Assembly: GCA_024679065.1 (NCBI GenBank)
Contig: JAGIQG010000027.1
Span: 30,442,001 to 30,506,000, forward strand
Direction of reading: 5' to 3'
Source of the DNA: Sphyrna mokarran
Lineage: Eukaryota
Length of the DNA: 64,000 nucleotides
In this document: piece by piece, positions 26,620 to 40,260 of the stretch
How positions within the stretch are numbered: position 1 is the first letter of the stretch
Layout of the letters: every line of letters starts with the position of its first letter
Notes under the pieces: model-generated
The model's database searches: none
The model's input: only the letters and a program-made list of their open reading frames with translations
Told to the model about the DNA's origin: nothing
Made by a program: the position numbers and the translations under genes

Positions 26620-27480
26620 AAAGAAAAGAGTGAGGACTTCCGTGTTAATTCTGTTGCAGCATTGCTTCGTTGTCGCTATGATTTGGGGGCCTGGCTGATA
26701 GCAATGGCAGATGGAGTAGTGATCTGTCCAGCATCTATTATTGTGTGGGCATCTCAACAGTCAGCTGCTGTAATGATGATGTGGTTGATCAGGTTCTAGT
26801 GTTTGGACCACGTGTGTTACTGAGATCTCATTTGTCTTCCTGGTGCAACAGGGTGTTGGCTATGATAAGGCCCTGTTCTAGACATTTTGCTAGGGGGACA
26901 ACTCTATTGGAGTTTGCTTTCCCAATTTCTTTGCCTATGCACTCTTCCAAAGATTATTGTCCCTCTTGATTCTAGTGTTGAAACCTCCAAGGATGTTCAG
27001 TTTGTCAGGCTCAGGATTATTAGGAGTTGGTGCAGAATCCCTCCTTGGCCAAATCTTTTGGATTAAGTATAGATGGCAGTGGTGCAGTTATGAGGTGCTT
27101 GCTTAACGCTGCAGTTGCTGTTAAAATGCTTTTAATGGCAAAGTCCACCCATGAAGGCATTGTCCTCTTCTGGAAAGCCTATCCAGAAAAATGTGTACCC
27201 ACAAACTTGTTTCTTCAGTTCGCCTCCCGCACTACTGTGTCATTTGGACACATTTACGTAGATATTGCCATACTGGGTTTCCGGGCTATGATGGTCATGC
27301 AATGCTCTGTCACTGTTTAGGTTCTCATGTGGGCTCCAGTATACCAGGTTACAAATTTCATTTTGACAAGTGGAATATATCACATGGGATGGGTGTTACA
27401 TGCTGACTACGATGTGTTCTTGGCAAAGTGGGTGCTTGGTCCAATGTTAAGGCTATTCCATGATAGTGGAGTTAGACTGT
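26620..27480 (-). mobile_element. RTE-clade LINE AP-endonuclease fragment
   Basis: Antisense reads like 'DKL.ILG.FN.R...IGKANSN...KCLE..LIIANTL..Q.DK.....H.WSKH..LI.HII'; broken by stops and frameshifts. Confidence 0.72.
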
Positions 27481-27959
27481 GCTGAGAGACAGTAGGATAC
27501 AATGTGCATGAACATAGATGAACGTGCATTGTTATAAATATGTTAATACTGAATTAGCGGCAGAGCAAATTACAAGAAAGAATGCAGGGGAAAAAATCTA
27601 AATTAGTCTAATGACCACGTAAGTGGCAGTTGAAACTCAACATTTGATGTGAAGTCATATATTCTAAAAGTAGAATGGAGCGGAAGGAAGATATTGAGTT
27701 GCAGATAGAGCTATGAAAGTTGTCGGGCAGTTGTGACAGCTCATAAAAAGAACAGTTGGAACCTAATGTGCAAAAAACAGTAATTGGATGAGGAATCAGG
27801 TTGGTGATGGCAGTTGTACTATAGCAATTATTATACACTTGATCTTCGATAAACCAAATGATTATTGTGTTCTACTGGATTCACTTGCCAGTAAAGGAAT
27901 GTTGAAGTCTGTATTAATGCACTGAACGGCTTTCTGCTACCTATCAATAATTAAAAATA

Positions 27960-28270
27960 CAATGGCATAGTGGTTAGCACTGCTGCTTCACAACATCAGG
28001 GACTAGGTTCAATTTCAGATTTGGGTAACTGGTTTTGTGGAGATTGCACATTTTCCCAGGGTCTGCGTGAGTTTCTTCTGGATGCTCCAGTTTCCCCCCT
28101 CTTTCCAATAATGTGTGGGTCAGGTTGATTGGCCATGCTAAATTGCCCCTTAGTGTCTGGGGAATTAGCTAGGGTAAGTATATGGGGTTATGGGGATAGA
28201 GTCTGAGTGGGATTGTGGTTGATGCAGACTCGATGGGCCAAATGGCGGCCTCCTGCACTGTAGGGATCAT
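27960..28270 (+). mobile_element. V-SINE/HE1-like near full-length copy, CR1-type tail
   Basis: tggcatagtggttagcactgctgc...ttggccatgctaaattgcccc...ctgcactgtagggat. Confidence 0.85.
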
Positions 28271-31200
28271 ATGGAAAAACAGGATACATATCAGCCAGCC
28301 ATCTACCAAAAGGATTAAGAAGGGTTAATATTTGAAATATAATCTTTCAAAGCTGAAACCATGGCTGTTTTTTTGCTGGGTAAGCGTTTAGGTGAAAGTG
28401 CTGGTGAGCAGTAAGCATTTTCTGTCATTATCCATCTAAAACTGACTGCAACTTTATCATGATGGACGTATGTAGATTAGAGCATAAATCCTGAAGTTGC
28501 AATCAATTGCTTGTAGCTTTGATACAGACTGTGCTTTACCATCACCCTCCACCCCAAAACTTATCTTGAGACATTGAGTGACAATTATTGAAAGCAGACA
28601 GAATTTCAACATTCCCGTCTTTTAGTAAGTTATATTATGTTCAATCAGGTGTAACTACTTTATTGTTCGATGAACAACAGAAGTGATAATCAAGGAATAC
28701 TAGTAAATGATTAATTACACTTTTGTGCTCAATTTTTAAAACTGTTTTTGTTTTCAGAATATTTTACTTCTGCCTTTTATAATCCTGTGTGTATCCCAAT
28801 TTTAAAATCCTTTAAAGTGGTTGGATTTTTGGACAGCCTAATGACATTACTGATGGTCTATGTCATAGATACCCAGTAAAGAATGCTGCAGTCAGGCACT
28901 CAACCATTGCATGAAGCTAGAGGTAAAATTCTTGCCAGAGAGATCACTCAGTGAGACTTCACTTAATGGCCAATGATTGCCTCCCTGCATCACAATTGCC
29001 TCAGTGCTGACTACAAAATCTAAGTCATATCAGAGATTTTTCTCAACCTGACTATATATGTGTTTGTTTCCAGTTCTGTCAGTTATGCCTGATATGTTAA
29101 TTGTTTTTGCTCTGTATTTGTTGACTGGTCTATGTATGTTTGCTATTTTCAGGTTTTCTCTTTCTTTTTAATGACTCAATATTTGAAACTTAGTGTGGAT
29201 GGTGTTGCTCATCAATCAGTCAACTTTCTAGGTGTGCATTTTTTGAAATATTCAAATGTCCAAAAATTAATTAACCATAGATCATGTACATGCAAATTTG
29301 TATCATGTTGATTTTTCCACAGCTTCAGTGATGTCAGTTATGAGATTCCAAGAAAATATTATTTCGAGACTTATCAGACCAAAGGAAATTTATTGAGATA
29401 TTTCTGATGATTGATGTGGCAATAGAGTATGTTGTGTATTTTAGTGCTTGTTCAGACCATTTTGTAAAAGAGATGTTCTCATCGCTAACCACTAGTGATG
29501 TACTGACTTTCCTAAACGGAAACAAATAAATTGATATTATGCATTCGATTTCCACTCTTGGTATTACTTGTGTGATCCTACTAATGTGAACAATTAAATT
29601 TTCTTTAATTCTCATGGAGTGTGATAAATCCCAGTAAAGCATTTTGCAAAGGATGATTGCATAACAAGTTATATCAATATATTGACTGCGCAGTGAATTT
29701 TTGTCCTCCTTTAATGTGTTAATTTTTGAAGTGACTATAAGCTACTTATGATCAATTCATACAATTGACATTTTTGTATGGAGCGTAGCTGTTTTAAAAC
29801 CTCTTATTGAGGTGCCTGTTTTTCATACACTTACATGGAAAATCCTTTTTTAGTTCCTTTAGTCCTACGCAAAGTTCTAGGAAATAGTACTTCAAATTGC
29901 CACTGCCAGGTAACGAAAATGAAGGGCAACTTTAGGGAAATAGAAGTTTTGGTCAATCTATCCTCAAATTATGAAAATGGTACATGGTTGAGTTCAAGCA
30001 AAAAACAACACACAGTTCATCATATCTGTTGTATATCAAAAGTAGTATGTCTCTTTCTTACAATGCCTTGAGCAGTTAGTTTTTCATAAGTACCAAACAC
30101 TGGATCAGCACGAAACCAGTTAAGTTATAGTACTGAAACTCTGTAACAGATACAGCCTCTGGAGGTGTAGTGAGATGGGTATATTGTAGAGCCAGCATAA
30201 ATTTTCTTCCATGTCTATAGTAGAAAATCTGTCTTGATATGAAGCACATTATTTTGTGTACTTATTTATAACCTTGCCTCCCAGTAATAAGATTGATCAT
30301 GTTTCAGCATATTTTCACTACTATGGTGCATGCTTCCTAGTCCAAGCTTTGAGGAAAAGCTGCACATGAAGAGCAATACAGACAAGTGACTGATTTGGAA
30401 TATTTCTATCAACTCTTCTAGAGAAACTTAAAATTTGCCTTCAAATCACATGCCATTAATTACAATATTATTTTATAAAACTCAAAAGCCTTCTATCTTA
30501 AAATGCCATGCTATGCAAGAGCCATGACACATTTTATCAGTTTTGTACATTGTACATTTTGTACATCTTTTAAAGTTTCAACAATCCACACAATTACTGT
30601 GCAAAACTTATTTTATTCATTGCAGTTGCACAGTTGCATAGAATTTTTGAAACATGCTGCTGAGATCTTTTGTTCAATCCTTTGCTAAAATGGTCCATTT
30701 TCTTGGTCAATATATTAAAATCCTCATGTTTTTTGACTATCATCTCCATATTTTGTAAGCTGATTTTGGATATGGTGCATTTCTCTATTCAGTTGCTTAT
30801 TCAGAGCCTGTCTGCAAACAAATAGGAACATCTGTTGTCGGAGAATTTTATGCGACTAATCTCTGCTGCATTGGAAATGATTGAGTTGTAGCTTTTGTCT
30901 TGTTTTCTCTTTCATCACCAAATCTTTATGCAGCTTATTGATTTCTTTGACTTGGCTTTCATTATTCAGATCAGTAATTTCTTAGGTATAAATCACACTT
31001 CTCCATGAAGTATTTTTGACTTTATAAAAGAAAACGTGGAGTTTGTGTATGCAATTGTAAATAGTGAAAATACCAGCTCTCAGTGATAAAATTGCTCTAC
31101 TGCGTATTGTACATCACTTCCCTTTGCAATCGTACTTCTATAAATGCATTTTGTTTAATATATTTAAATAGTTGTGTTTACTAATTTAATATCTTGCTGC

Positions 31201-32439
31201 ACTGGTGATGAAGTTGATATAACTTGTATCCAGACCCATGCGTGTAAAGCAGGATCACTGCTCATAACTATTGTATAGGAAATAAGGCCACGGTTCACAT
31301 ATAAAATTTGCTGGTTCAGAGTTGGGTAGCTGCTCCTTGATGGGAATTTAGTTACCTAGTATGGATTTAGAAAAACAGATAATGGTGTTGGTAGAATGGG
31401 ATATGGAATAGTTTGTTCTTTGTTATTCTGGAATCTTGGCTGGAGAACCTACTTCATTCAGAGCTGATGCATCAGGCTGCTTCATGTGCTTAGCAGAAGC
31501 TAACCAATACAACCCAAATATTTATTTGGGAATAATGGACTTGCCACAGATATCTAGCAGAAAGTTATCACCAGCTATTCATTCGTAACACTTACTGTCT
31601 GGATTTTGCCATGGAAGATAGTTAAGTTGTCCAATTAATTGAAGATATTCAGAAGTTGTTGTCAAAGTTGTGCTGCAGCTCTGCACGTTGAGAGATACCA
31701 GAACCCTGCCTACAATGAAATCCATGTAAGAGCAAGAAGTTTCTGTGATCACCTCACTAGTTATCCAGTAAAGACAGAGTGGGCTGGTGCATTCAAGTAT
31801 AGGTGCGCTTTTAATGATTAATTTCTGTTAAACTTCTGTAGCATCGAGAATTTTACAGTTGCAAACACTCATTCCTTCAGAAATATATTGGGAGATTTAA
31901 AATATTTATACATAAAATATGTATGTAACCTTTTTAATTTGTTTTGATTCTTGTATCCCCCTCAATTCTGTATTTCTGTCTCTCTTTAGCTTCTATGCAT
32001 GATTTTACTCTGAATTATTATTAAAATTATTGCTGCGTAACTGAGTGAGGGTTCTTCATTCTGAACGGTTGAAAGGACACACTGTTTCAGTGGAAAATTT
32101 TCCACACAATATACTGTGTGTTGTGTGGAGGCGGTCCATCATTGGCCAGGGACAGGCTAATGGGGATTCTCGTTGAATGCACACCTCACCACCAGGAAAC
32201 TCACAGCTGGAGTGCACCATCGTGATTGGCTGGAAAATTCTGGCCATTGGTGCTTGCCCTGCACAGACATGCCACAGATTTCCTAATGAGAGGCAAGTGT
32301 TGCTCCTCTAATACTGACCTGGGTCAATATTTTCATTGGAAACACAGTGGTTAACAATGTACTTTACATTCAGGTGAAAGTAATCTGCTGTCAATGGAGG
32401 GACTGAATAATTGCCATTAATTTTTTTTATTTTCACTTG

Positions 32440-32810
32440 TAGTGGGAATTTGATTGAGATATTCAAAACGTTGAAGTGTCTGAACAGAATAAATAGGGAA
32501 AGTCTATTGCCTCTGATAGAAGAATTGAGAACGAGAGGGCCCAGATTTAAGGGTTAATTGGCATAGAAAGCTATGGTAACATAAGGAGAAACGTCTTCAT
32601 ACAGTGAGTGGTGTGGATCTTTTGTAGAATTCACTGCATAAGTGTGGGGAAGGCAGGTTGAGTTGAGGCACTCGACGGAATTACACTATTATCTGAAAAA
32701 CATGCAGGTTACTTGAAGATAGGAACTGGCAATTGGTAAATTGCTCATTCATGGACCCAGTGCAAACACGGGGGAGCCAAATGGTCTACTGTATTGTAAC
32801 AACTCTGTGA
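32440..32810 (+). mobile_element. CR1-like 3' fragment
   Basis: ttgattgagatattcaaa...gaacgagagggcccagatttaagg...gagccaaatggtctactgtattgtaac. Confidence 0.6.
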
Positions 32811-33519
32811 ATTCTTCAGTGTCATGATAGTTCCCAACAAACCCAAGTGGCAATGAAAAACTGGAACAGTCAGCCTTCTGTGATGGACTCAGGATTTTAA
32901 TACCAGCTAGGTAGCTCTGCAGTACTCCAGGAAATTCGCGGTGATTAATCGAAATTGAAAGAGAATCTTCTCTCTCAGCTCCATGGGCTTGTTTTTATTA
33001 TGTTTTTTATGTAAGTTTATTCACAGTAGTAGAATATAACACTGTAAAATTCTAAATGTAAAATCAATTTTAGTTAGGAATGGAAAGACTAGGCCTTGTA
33101 CAGAAATTGCAAACTTGTGACACAAACTTAAGATTGTACAGATTTACTTGAAGGGAACCATCTGATGAAATTTATAGGGTATTTGATTTATTTAATTTCA
33201 GTATCCCTTTTAAAAACTTGAGAAGCCTTTGGTACGTTTGTGCTAACTTATGTAGTCATTGTCTTTGGAGAATTAAGTGTGATTATAGTTTGCTATTCAG
33301 ATTGATTTACTACTTAACCATGGGAATTGGCCAGACTTGCCTTTTAACATGCAATAAAGCTATTGCAAACCAAAAGCATAGGTTGCAGAGTGGTGCAATG
33401 ATTGGCACGTGCATGCATCCACAAACAAAGTTCTTGCAGAAGCTTCTACAATATTGATATAATATTGTCTTTAGTGATAGTTTTTGGAAGCCTTGAAAAT
33501 AATGAGTAAACAGACTTAT

Positions 33520-33790
33520 TGTACTTTTCTCTTTGCATTACCTCTCCATCCCCATTTCATCTCTCTTTTGACTTCAGCTTTTTGTCCACTGTCGCACATC
33601 ATTTGTGGCCGTGTTTACATTTGCTTAAACTACTTCCCTCCTCAAATCTCTCCTCCATTTTAAAAAAAACTACTTCATTGACCAAGTTTTTTGGTCATCT
33701 TGCCTATCATTATCTTTGATTTGGTATTTTTTCATATTTCATTGCAGCATCATAGAACATCTTACTACGTTAAAGGTTTGTTTTTAAACA
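33520..33790 (+). mobile_element. L2-like 3' fragment
   Basis: Pyrimidine-rich; ttgaccaagtttttggtcatct...ttactacgttaaagg tail. Confidence 0.5.
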
Positions 33791-36466
33791 TGTCCACTCT
33801 AGCGACATGGCTGCCTGTCATAATCTTTCCTATGTTACCTGAGGAGGTTTCCACATGGGCGATCAGGCATAAATTGTAATATTGGGTCTGGATTGAAGTG
33901 AATTGTTGATTGGGTGGAGCAGGCAGGGGTCACTTTCATAACCAAATGGTGGGAAAAGCAGGGTTGTAGGACAAGATTTTGGGGTCATGAGCTCCAAGGA
34001 AGCAATAGAGGGCATGGAACTCAAACTGAGTTTAGAGGCCCTGTTTAGTTTTTTTTGTCTCCAGGCATGGCTTTGTTCTTTGTAGCCCGTTAGCTGCTAC
34101 ACCAAAAGCTTTGCAGAAAGGTGGGCCTTAGATTTTATCAGGGCAAAGCCAGAAGTTTTAAACTCTCCCACCTCCATCCAGTCAACAGATAGCCCTATAG
34201 TTCCCCTTGCTAAAAGATTATCAATCTCCCTAAACCCCCATCAGCAAACACATCAGCCTTCCTGTTTGAACATCTACCAGCCGGTCAAACAGCTACCAGT
34301 CCCGCGACTTCCCTTGTCAACAATGCTACGTCTCACCCGAACTCCCACTCGTGGGCTCTGTAACCAATTCAGATTCTGAGAGCTGGATACATATGATTCC
34401 TGGATGGCGTATGCTCCTGAATCCACGTCCTTTTCTGGCAGTCAGACTCGTAGACCATTTTTCATACTATCAAATTGACTGCAACCAACATTTTAACTGA
34501 ACAAAAGTCAGACTGGCTCTATTTTAAAAGGAGTACTTGAATGAGAAACACTGATGTCAATACTGCTAACCAGACAGGCTCCAAGGCATCGATCTCTTGC
34601 TTCACTTCAGATGAATGTATCTACTTCTGTTTCACTTAGCAGATAGATTTTTTGCAGACTTTACAAAGGAACGTTTGTGATGCAATTTAAATTTATAGGT
34701 TTTTTTTTCTTTGGAGTAGGAGAATTTATAGAACACAACTTGAAGATTGATCACTTACTGTTCATGATACTTCAGTTTTCACAGTTTTTAAGCTGAGAAA
34801 TTAATTGGTATGCACGCATAGTTTGTATTACTTTGGACTTAATGCACGAATTGTGACCTTTCCAAATGGGGGCTTTGGTTCCAGTCTGCAGTTTGGTGCA
34901 GTCATCGTACTAGCTGCCTTTGAATACTTAAAAATGAATGTCTGGATCTGCACAACTTGGGTCAACAGTTCCACTTCAGTGCAAATCTTTGAGATTTGTG
35001 AACTGTGCAAGTTACCAGTTCACCACCTTCTTAATCTGTGCTTAATTCTGGGAATGAAGATGGTCATTATGTGGTTCAATCATATTGTATTTCGAAGTAT
35101 GCTTCAATTATCTACTTCAGATTTTCTTTAGCTAGCAAATGGATTGAGATACCTGATCTTTGTCATTGTTTTGAGTACTCAAAATGATGCCCTTAGCACG
35201 CAGTAAGCACTTGATAATTTTCCTTTAAATTTGCATATTTGTACCCTGTAGAGTTAATATAATTCTGTACTGAATGACAATGTCTGAAAATTAAGTAACC
35301 CAGTACCAATCTAGTAGAATTAATTTAATTGCATCATATTTTCAAATATACTTTGTGTTTATTGCTTTCAACCCACATGTTTGTTGCATTGAGCAGAGTT
35401 TCTGTCTGCTTTATTGCCTGCATTAGCTGATGATGAGAAATTTTATCCATACACAATTCAACACTTTCGTATGTTTGATTTCTCCTCAGCACATATTCTT
35501 GTAATTCTGTCCTGAAGCATTGCAAATTCTTTTGTTCTGTGGACAAAAATTTCATCTGTTTTGGTTTCTAAGCTCTCTGTGACCATGCTAGTACGGGTCT
35601 TGCTAAAGAGCTGGTCAACTACATGAAAGATGCGTATTGGTTCGAAATTTAGTAACTCCGCTCTGAACTTTCAGAAACATCTGATTATTTTTTTGAAACA
35701 TTTGAAGTGATATGGATGAACATATTTTAATGTTCTTGGGTTAAAGATTCCCAATGAAAGTAGTAGAACCTTTCTTAATAAAATGAATTTTGTAATGGCC
35801 CCTCAGGATATATTAATAAATTTGTCACAGAATAAAATGGCTAGATCTTGATGAGATTGCAAATATTTTTAGAATGATCCTGCTATTATTTTGGTAGATG
35901 CTTATAGCCTTTCACTGTCCCAAAGTGACAGACTTCATTATCAGAGCCATTCTAGAAACAGCATCTGACATTTTAATGCAGGCTGATTTATTTTTATTGT
36001 ATCCAAATAATTTGAGGTATAGTCTTTATATTAAATATATATAATCATTTTTTATCTGATAAAGATATTGAAACTTTAAAAGTTCTGAATTAGTGACAGC
36101 TGCAGGGTGCATTGAATCATTTAATCTATTCAAATTTTACTATATCACGTGATAGTTGCTATATTTGTTGTGGTACTGTAGATTTTATTTAAGAAGATCA
36201 GTGGCAGAGTAAATGATCTCTGAAACCAGGATTCAAAGTGAGTCCAAATACCTCATCTGAAAATGTGTCACACTTCTCCCCTCCTTTTGTTAGTACTCAT
36301 ATTTTAACCTTGAGCATTCTCGGTCGATTTCTCAGTGACTACAGGCTTTTGAAACAAAACTGTTCAGAGTTTGGAAGAGATTGGCAAAAATTGTTCATTT
36401 TGAAAAGTGGCCCATATTGGAAACTGAACAACTTGTGTTTGGGGGGCTTTTATACAGGGTTTAGCA

Positions 36467-36775
36467 CAGTACCTTTCAAACTTTATCCTGATGTGACTCC
36501 ATGTTAATGTCTCGGACTTTATGACTCCAACCCCCCTCCACCCGAGTAAAAATTATTGGGAGTGGGATGATGGGCTGAATAAAGAAAGACACCTTTTTTT
36601 ACAGACTACAGTAATCATATTTCAGAGCAGGCAGTAAGCCTACCATTATAATAGAAACACCAACCTTTAATCAGGCGTCACAGTTGTCAAAATTCAGTCC
36701 AAGCTCCATAGCTGCCATTTCTGCTGAGAGTTTACAATCCCACTATGGCGTTGTGACTCAGTTTGGGAATCCTTG
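36467..36775. mobile_element. hAT-like MITE
   Basis: Termini cagtacctttcaaac / gtttgggaatccttg; 8-bp TSD gtttagca / gtttagct. Confidence 0.65.
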
Positions 36776-39042
36776 GTTTAGCTACTCTTCTGTGGTAGTG
36801 AAGAGAAACTTTCTTTCAGCTTTTGGTGTGCTTGACTTGAGGTGTTTGCTGCTGCCACTGTTTCCAGAGTAATAAACTGTTTGATGTCAACCGGCATAGC
36901 ATGCTATATTCCCTCAAGTAATGTCATTGTTTTAAGCCATTTGAGAATTTACATATTGCCCCAATTGTTATAAAATACAGCCCGCTGCTCTTCTAGAATA
37001 CAAACATTCATGAGGCAATCATCATTTTATAATGTTTTCGAAGGATTATCAGCTGTCCCTCATTTGAGGCATTTCCTCAGGATTATGAGTCTCTGTCATG
37101 TGTCTTCAGGTGATCAAACAGGCTGATTCTGGACGTTTGGGCGCATGTGCCAGAGTGCGCTGCAAGGTAGTGGCATCCAGAGGGCAGGATCTGCATCCTT
37201 TTTTTTAACTTGCTTGCCACTTCTTTGCCTTGTCATTAAGATATTAGCACTCAAAAAGTGATGTGGCTTGATGGACAAGTTGCCATTTTGAACAATCTGA
37301 TAGCAAGCTTCTCCTGTTGTTAATGTTAATGCCTCTGCACTTACAGGAGAGCATCAGTGTCTTTGTAGCAATTTATTCTGTTTTTTCCCTAGAAAACTGG
37401 CCTTTTGAGAGTTGAGAAAATGAGATCTCACAGGGAAGATGCTTTTCAGCTATTGTGATACAGAGTTCAGTACATTATAGTGGATTTTACAGGCCTTTTG
37501 ACTGAATGCATATGAAACTGACTTCAAGAAGGACACTAGCAGTTGTTCAGCAGTTGGATCATTAAGTCCAGAAGTTGTGGCGGATGCATTGCTATTGGAA
37601 TTTCTTTGGTGTTTTTGTGCATTATCGATACTGCAGCCCCAGTGTCTCAGCAGTACAAGAATGCAGGTGATGGCATATATTATGATGCTCCATACATTAG
37701 AACTTTTGTTGACTTGTGGAGTTGTTAATTTATTTTATATCACTGTTCTTAAAATAAGTTGCATGTATAAAGATTTTACAGATCGATTCTCAGCTATACT
37801 TGAAATTATTCTTTTTGCTTGAGATGCTTTAAGGCTGAGACATTGATGATCTTCCTCTTGAATATTTGATTCTTGGTATGTCTTAGTGCAAGGTGGATGA
37901 TTGTCACTGATTGAACAAGCCAGTGATCTGTCCAGCAGGCATCAGTCCCCTACATGAATTGATAAAAATATCACTTAAATCTTTTGATTCAAACAAGAAC
38001 ACAGTCAACTTATCTGTCAAATTGCGTCATGCTTTGAGTGCAAACATCTTAATGATGAGGCAAAGAAGTCGCAGACAAGGGGAAAAAAGGAAGGAAACAC
38101 TGCACTCTGGGTCCCACTACCTTGTGGGGCATCCTAGTCCATATTTCCAAGATCTGCAGGTCTAGAAATAACCTGTTTTGTCATTGAAGACCCATGAAAA
38201 AACTTGTGACCTTGAGCTAGAATACTTGGATGAAGGACAGCTAAAAATCCCTTGAAAGCATTATAAAATTATAATTCCTTCATGAATAATTGTGTTACAG
38301 TAACAAAGCTGGAGCTTGGATCTGGATGCCTTCATGTGGTTTTTTTGTATTTGTCCCTTTGGCATAAGAGGGTGTTTGTTAAAATGAGGCCATGCTAAGG
38401 AGACTTCATCAGTAAAAGAGTATCACTTGCATTGGCTTTTTTGCAATGAAGTTACTGCAATGTAAGCCTACTTATGACAATAAATAAATAAATTTTCCAA
38501 CAGTTTTTCCCAATGGTTATTCTTAAGACGTCAGACTCATGGCCAATGTGGGCATGAACGACTCTCAGGCCTTTCCGTGTTTTGGGAAGGGAATGAGGAC
38601 TTCATCAAAGTCAGTACAGAGCTTTTCCTCCGTATCTTCATTGGATTCCAGAGTCAAAGCATAAGTACTGATGACAGTGGCATTTGATTATGACTGAGCT
38701 GTATATGAAATAACATAAGCTTTTCATTTATATAATTGGGAATTTCTAACACGCATCCAAGATCCTATTCTAGATGGCCAAATTAACTCCATTTTTATGA
38801 GGAGCACTGTCAGCCTTTTCCAGTTTTTTAGAGAAATGTTGCTACTAAAATTAAATCTTGAATCATTAAAATGCAACTATTTATCACTTGTGTGCCCAAA
38901 GATGTTTTGCTGAGATATTAAATGTCGATAGGTGTACTAACGTGAACTGTTATGTGATTACTAAGGAAGTACAATTGAAATGCTTTCTAACCCTGGACCA
39001 GCAGATTGATATTTTTTTCCTGTCTCTCTGTCTCCCGCATAG

Positions 39043-39198
<156 letters not shown>

Positions 39199-39789
39199 TG
39201 ATATTAGAATTAATATTCGCTAATAGAAAAAGTTCATGTTTGGCCATTTGCTCCAAGAAGATCTGTGTTTCACAGTTCTATTTTACACACATTGGCCCAC
39301 TAATCAGAACTTGTGGGAAAAAGAAACGTAATCTGCTTTGAAACACTGACATTGATAAGGCTCGCAAAAAAGTCCTAATACAAACATTTTTGTGTATTTC
39401 TCTTTGCTAAGCCAATAATAGTTCTCATTTTTATCCACATTGCTTGAGATTAAATTTGCTCTGGTTGGCATAATGGAATGGCTGAGTTCATGGACAGTTA
39501 ATGTATCCCTTAGGATAAAGAACTGCCACAATTTAAGATTTTTTCTTCAAAGATTCATTGCATAACCAGCAGAAAAGCCAGCTCCCCTGGAATAGCATGT
39601 CCTAGATGAACAATAAAGTCATTTATTATCTCTGCATCTACAGGTAACGTTTCCACTATAGAAGATGATAGTTTATTCTGCCAACCAAATATCTATGATG
39701 CAGGTTTATTTGCAGTTACTCATTTACAGAAGCAATCAATAACAGTTACTAAATATTAGCAAGATCAAATTCATTGCTTTGGTCCATGC

Positions 39790-40260
39790 CATTGATCCCA
39801 CTTTCCAGGACGCCATCCTCATTGCTTGTGTCTGGTGTCCTATTTGACCCTGGCGTATACTTCCTATGTACCTCCTCCATCACCAAAGGTGTGTACGTCT
39901 ACCTCAGCCTGTCTGCTACAGAAACTTTCATCCATTCTTTTCTTCTTTCAGACTCCATTATTCTAATGCTGCTCTGACTAATTGCATCTTCTATCTGCTG
40001 CAAACATGAGCTCCTCCAAAACTCTGCTGCCTATCTATTAATTCATACCAAGTCCTATTCCCTCTGTACTTGTGGGGCTGTAACACCTCAAGCTTGATAT
40101 TCTCATCCGTCTTCAAACCCCTCTTTACCCTTGCCATTCCCTGTCTATATGTCCTCCTTTGGTCTTATACCCCTCTGAGAACCCTATGTTTTCCCAATTA
40201 TGACCTCTTGAACATCTCTGATTTTCTTCATTGCAGCTTTGACTACATACCTTGCAGAAG
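39790..40260 (+). mobile_element. L2-like LINE 3' fragment
   Basis: gaaactttcatccattctttt...tccaaaactctgctgcc...attctcatccgtcttcaaaccc ('ET.IHSF...QNSAA'-like). Confidence 0.6.

Noticed and set aside
27960-28030. tRNA-like A/B boxes
   Set aside because: SINE heads without a full cloverleaf; not tRNA genes.
38590-38700. Possible C/D-box snoRNA (atgagga...tgatga...ctga)
   Set aside because: Imperfect C box, no terminal stem and no recognisable guide; would need an Infernal/snoscan hit.
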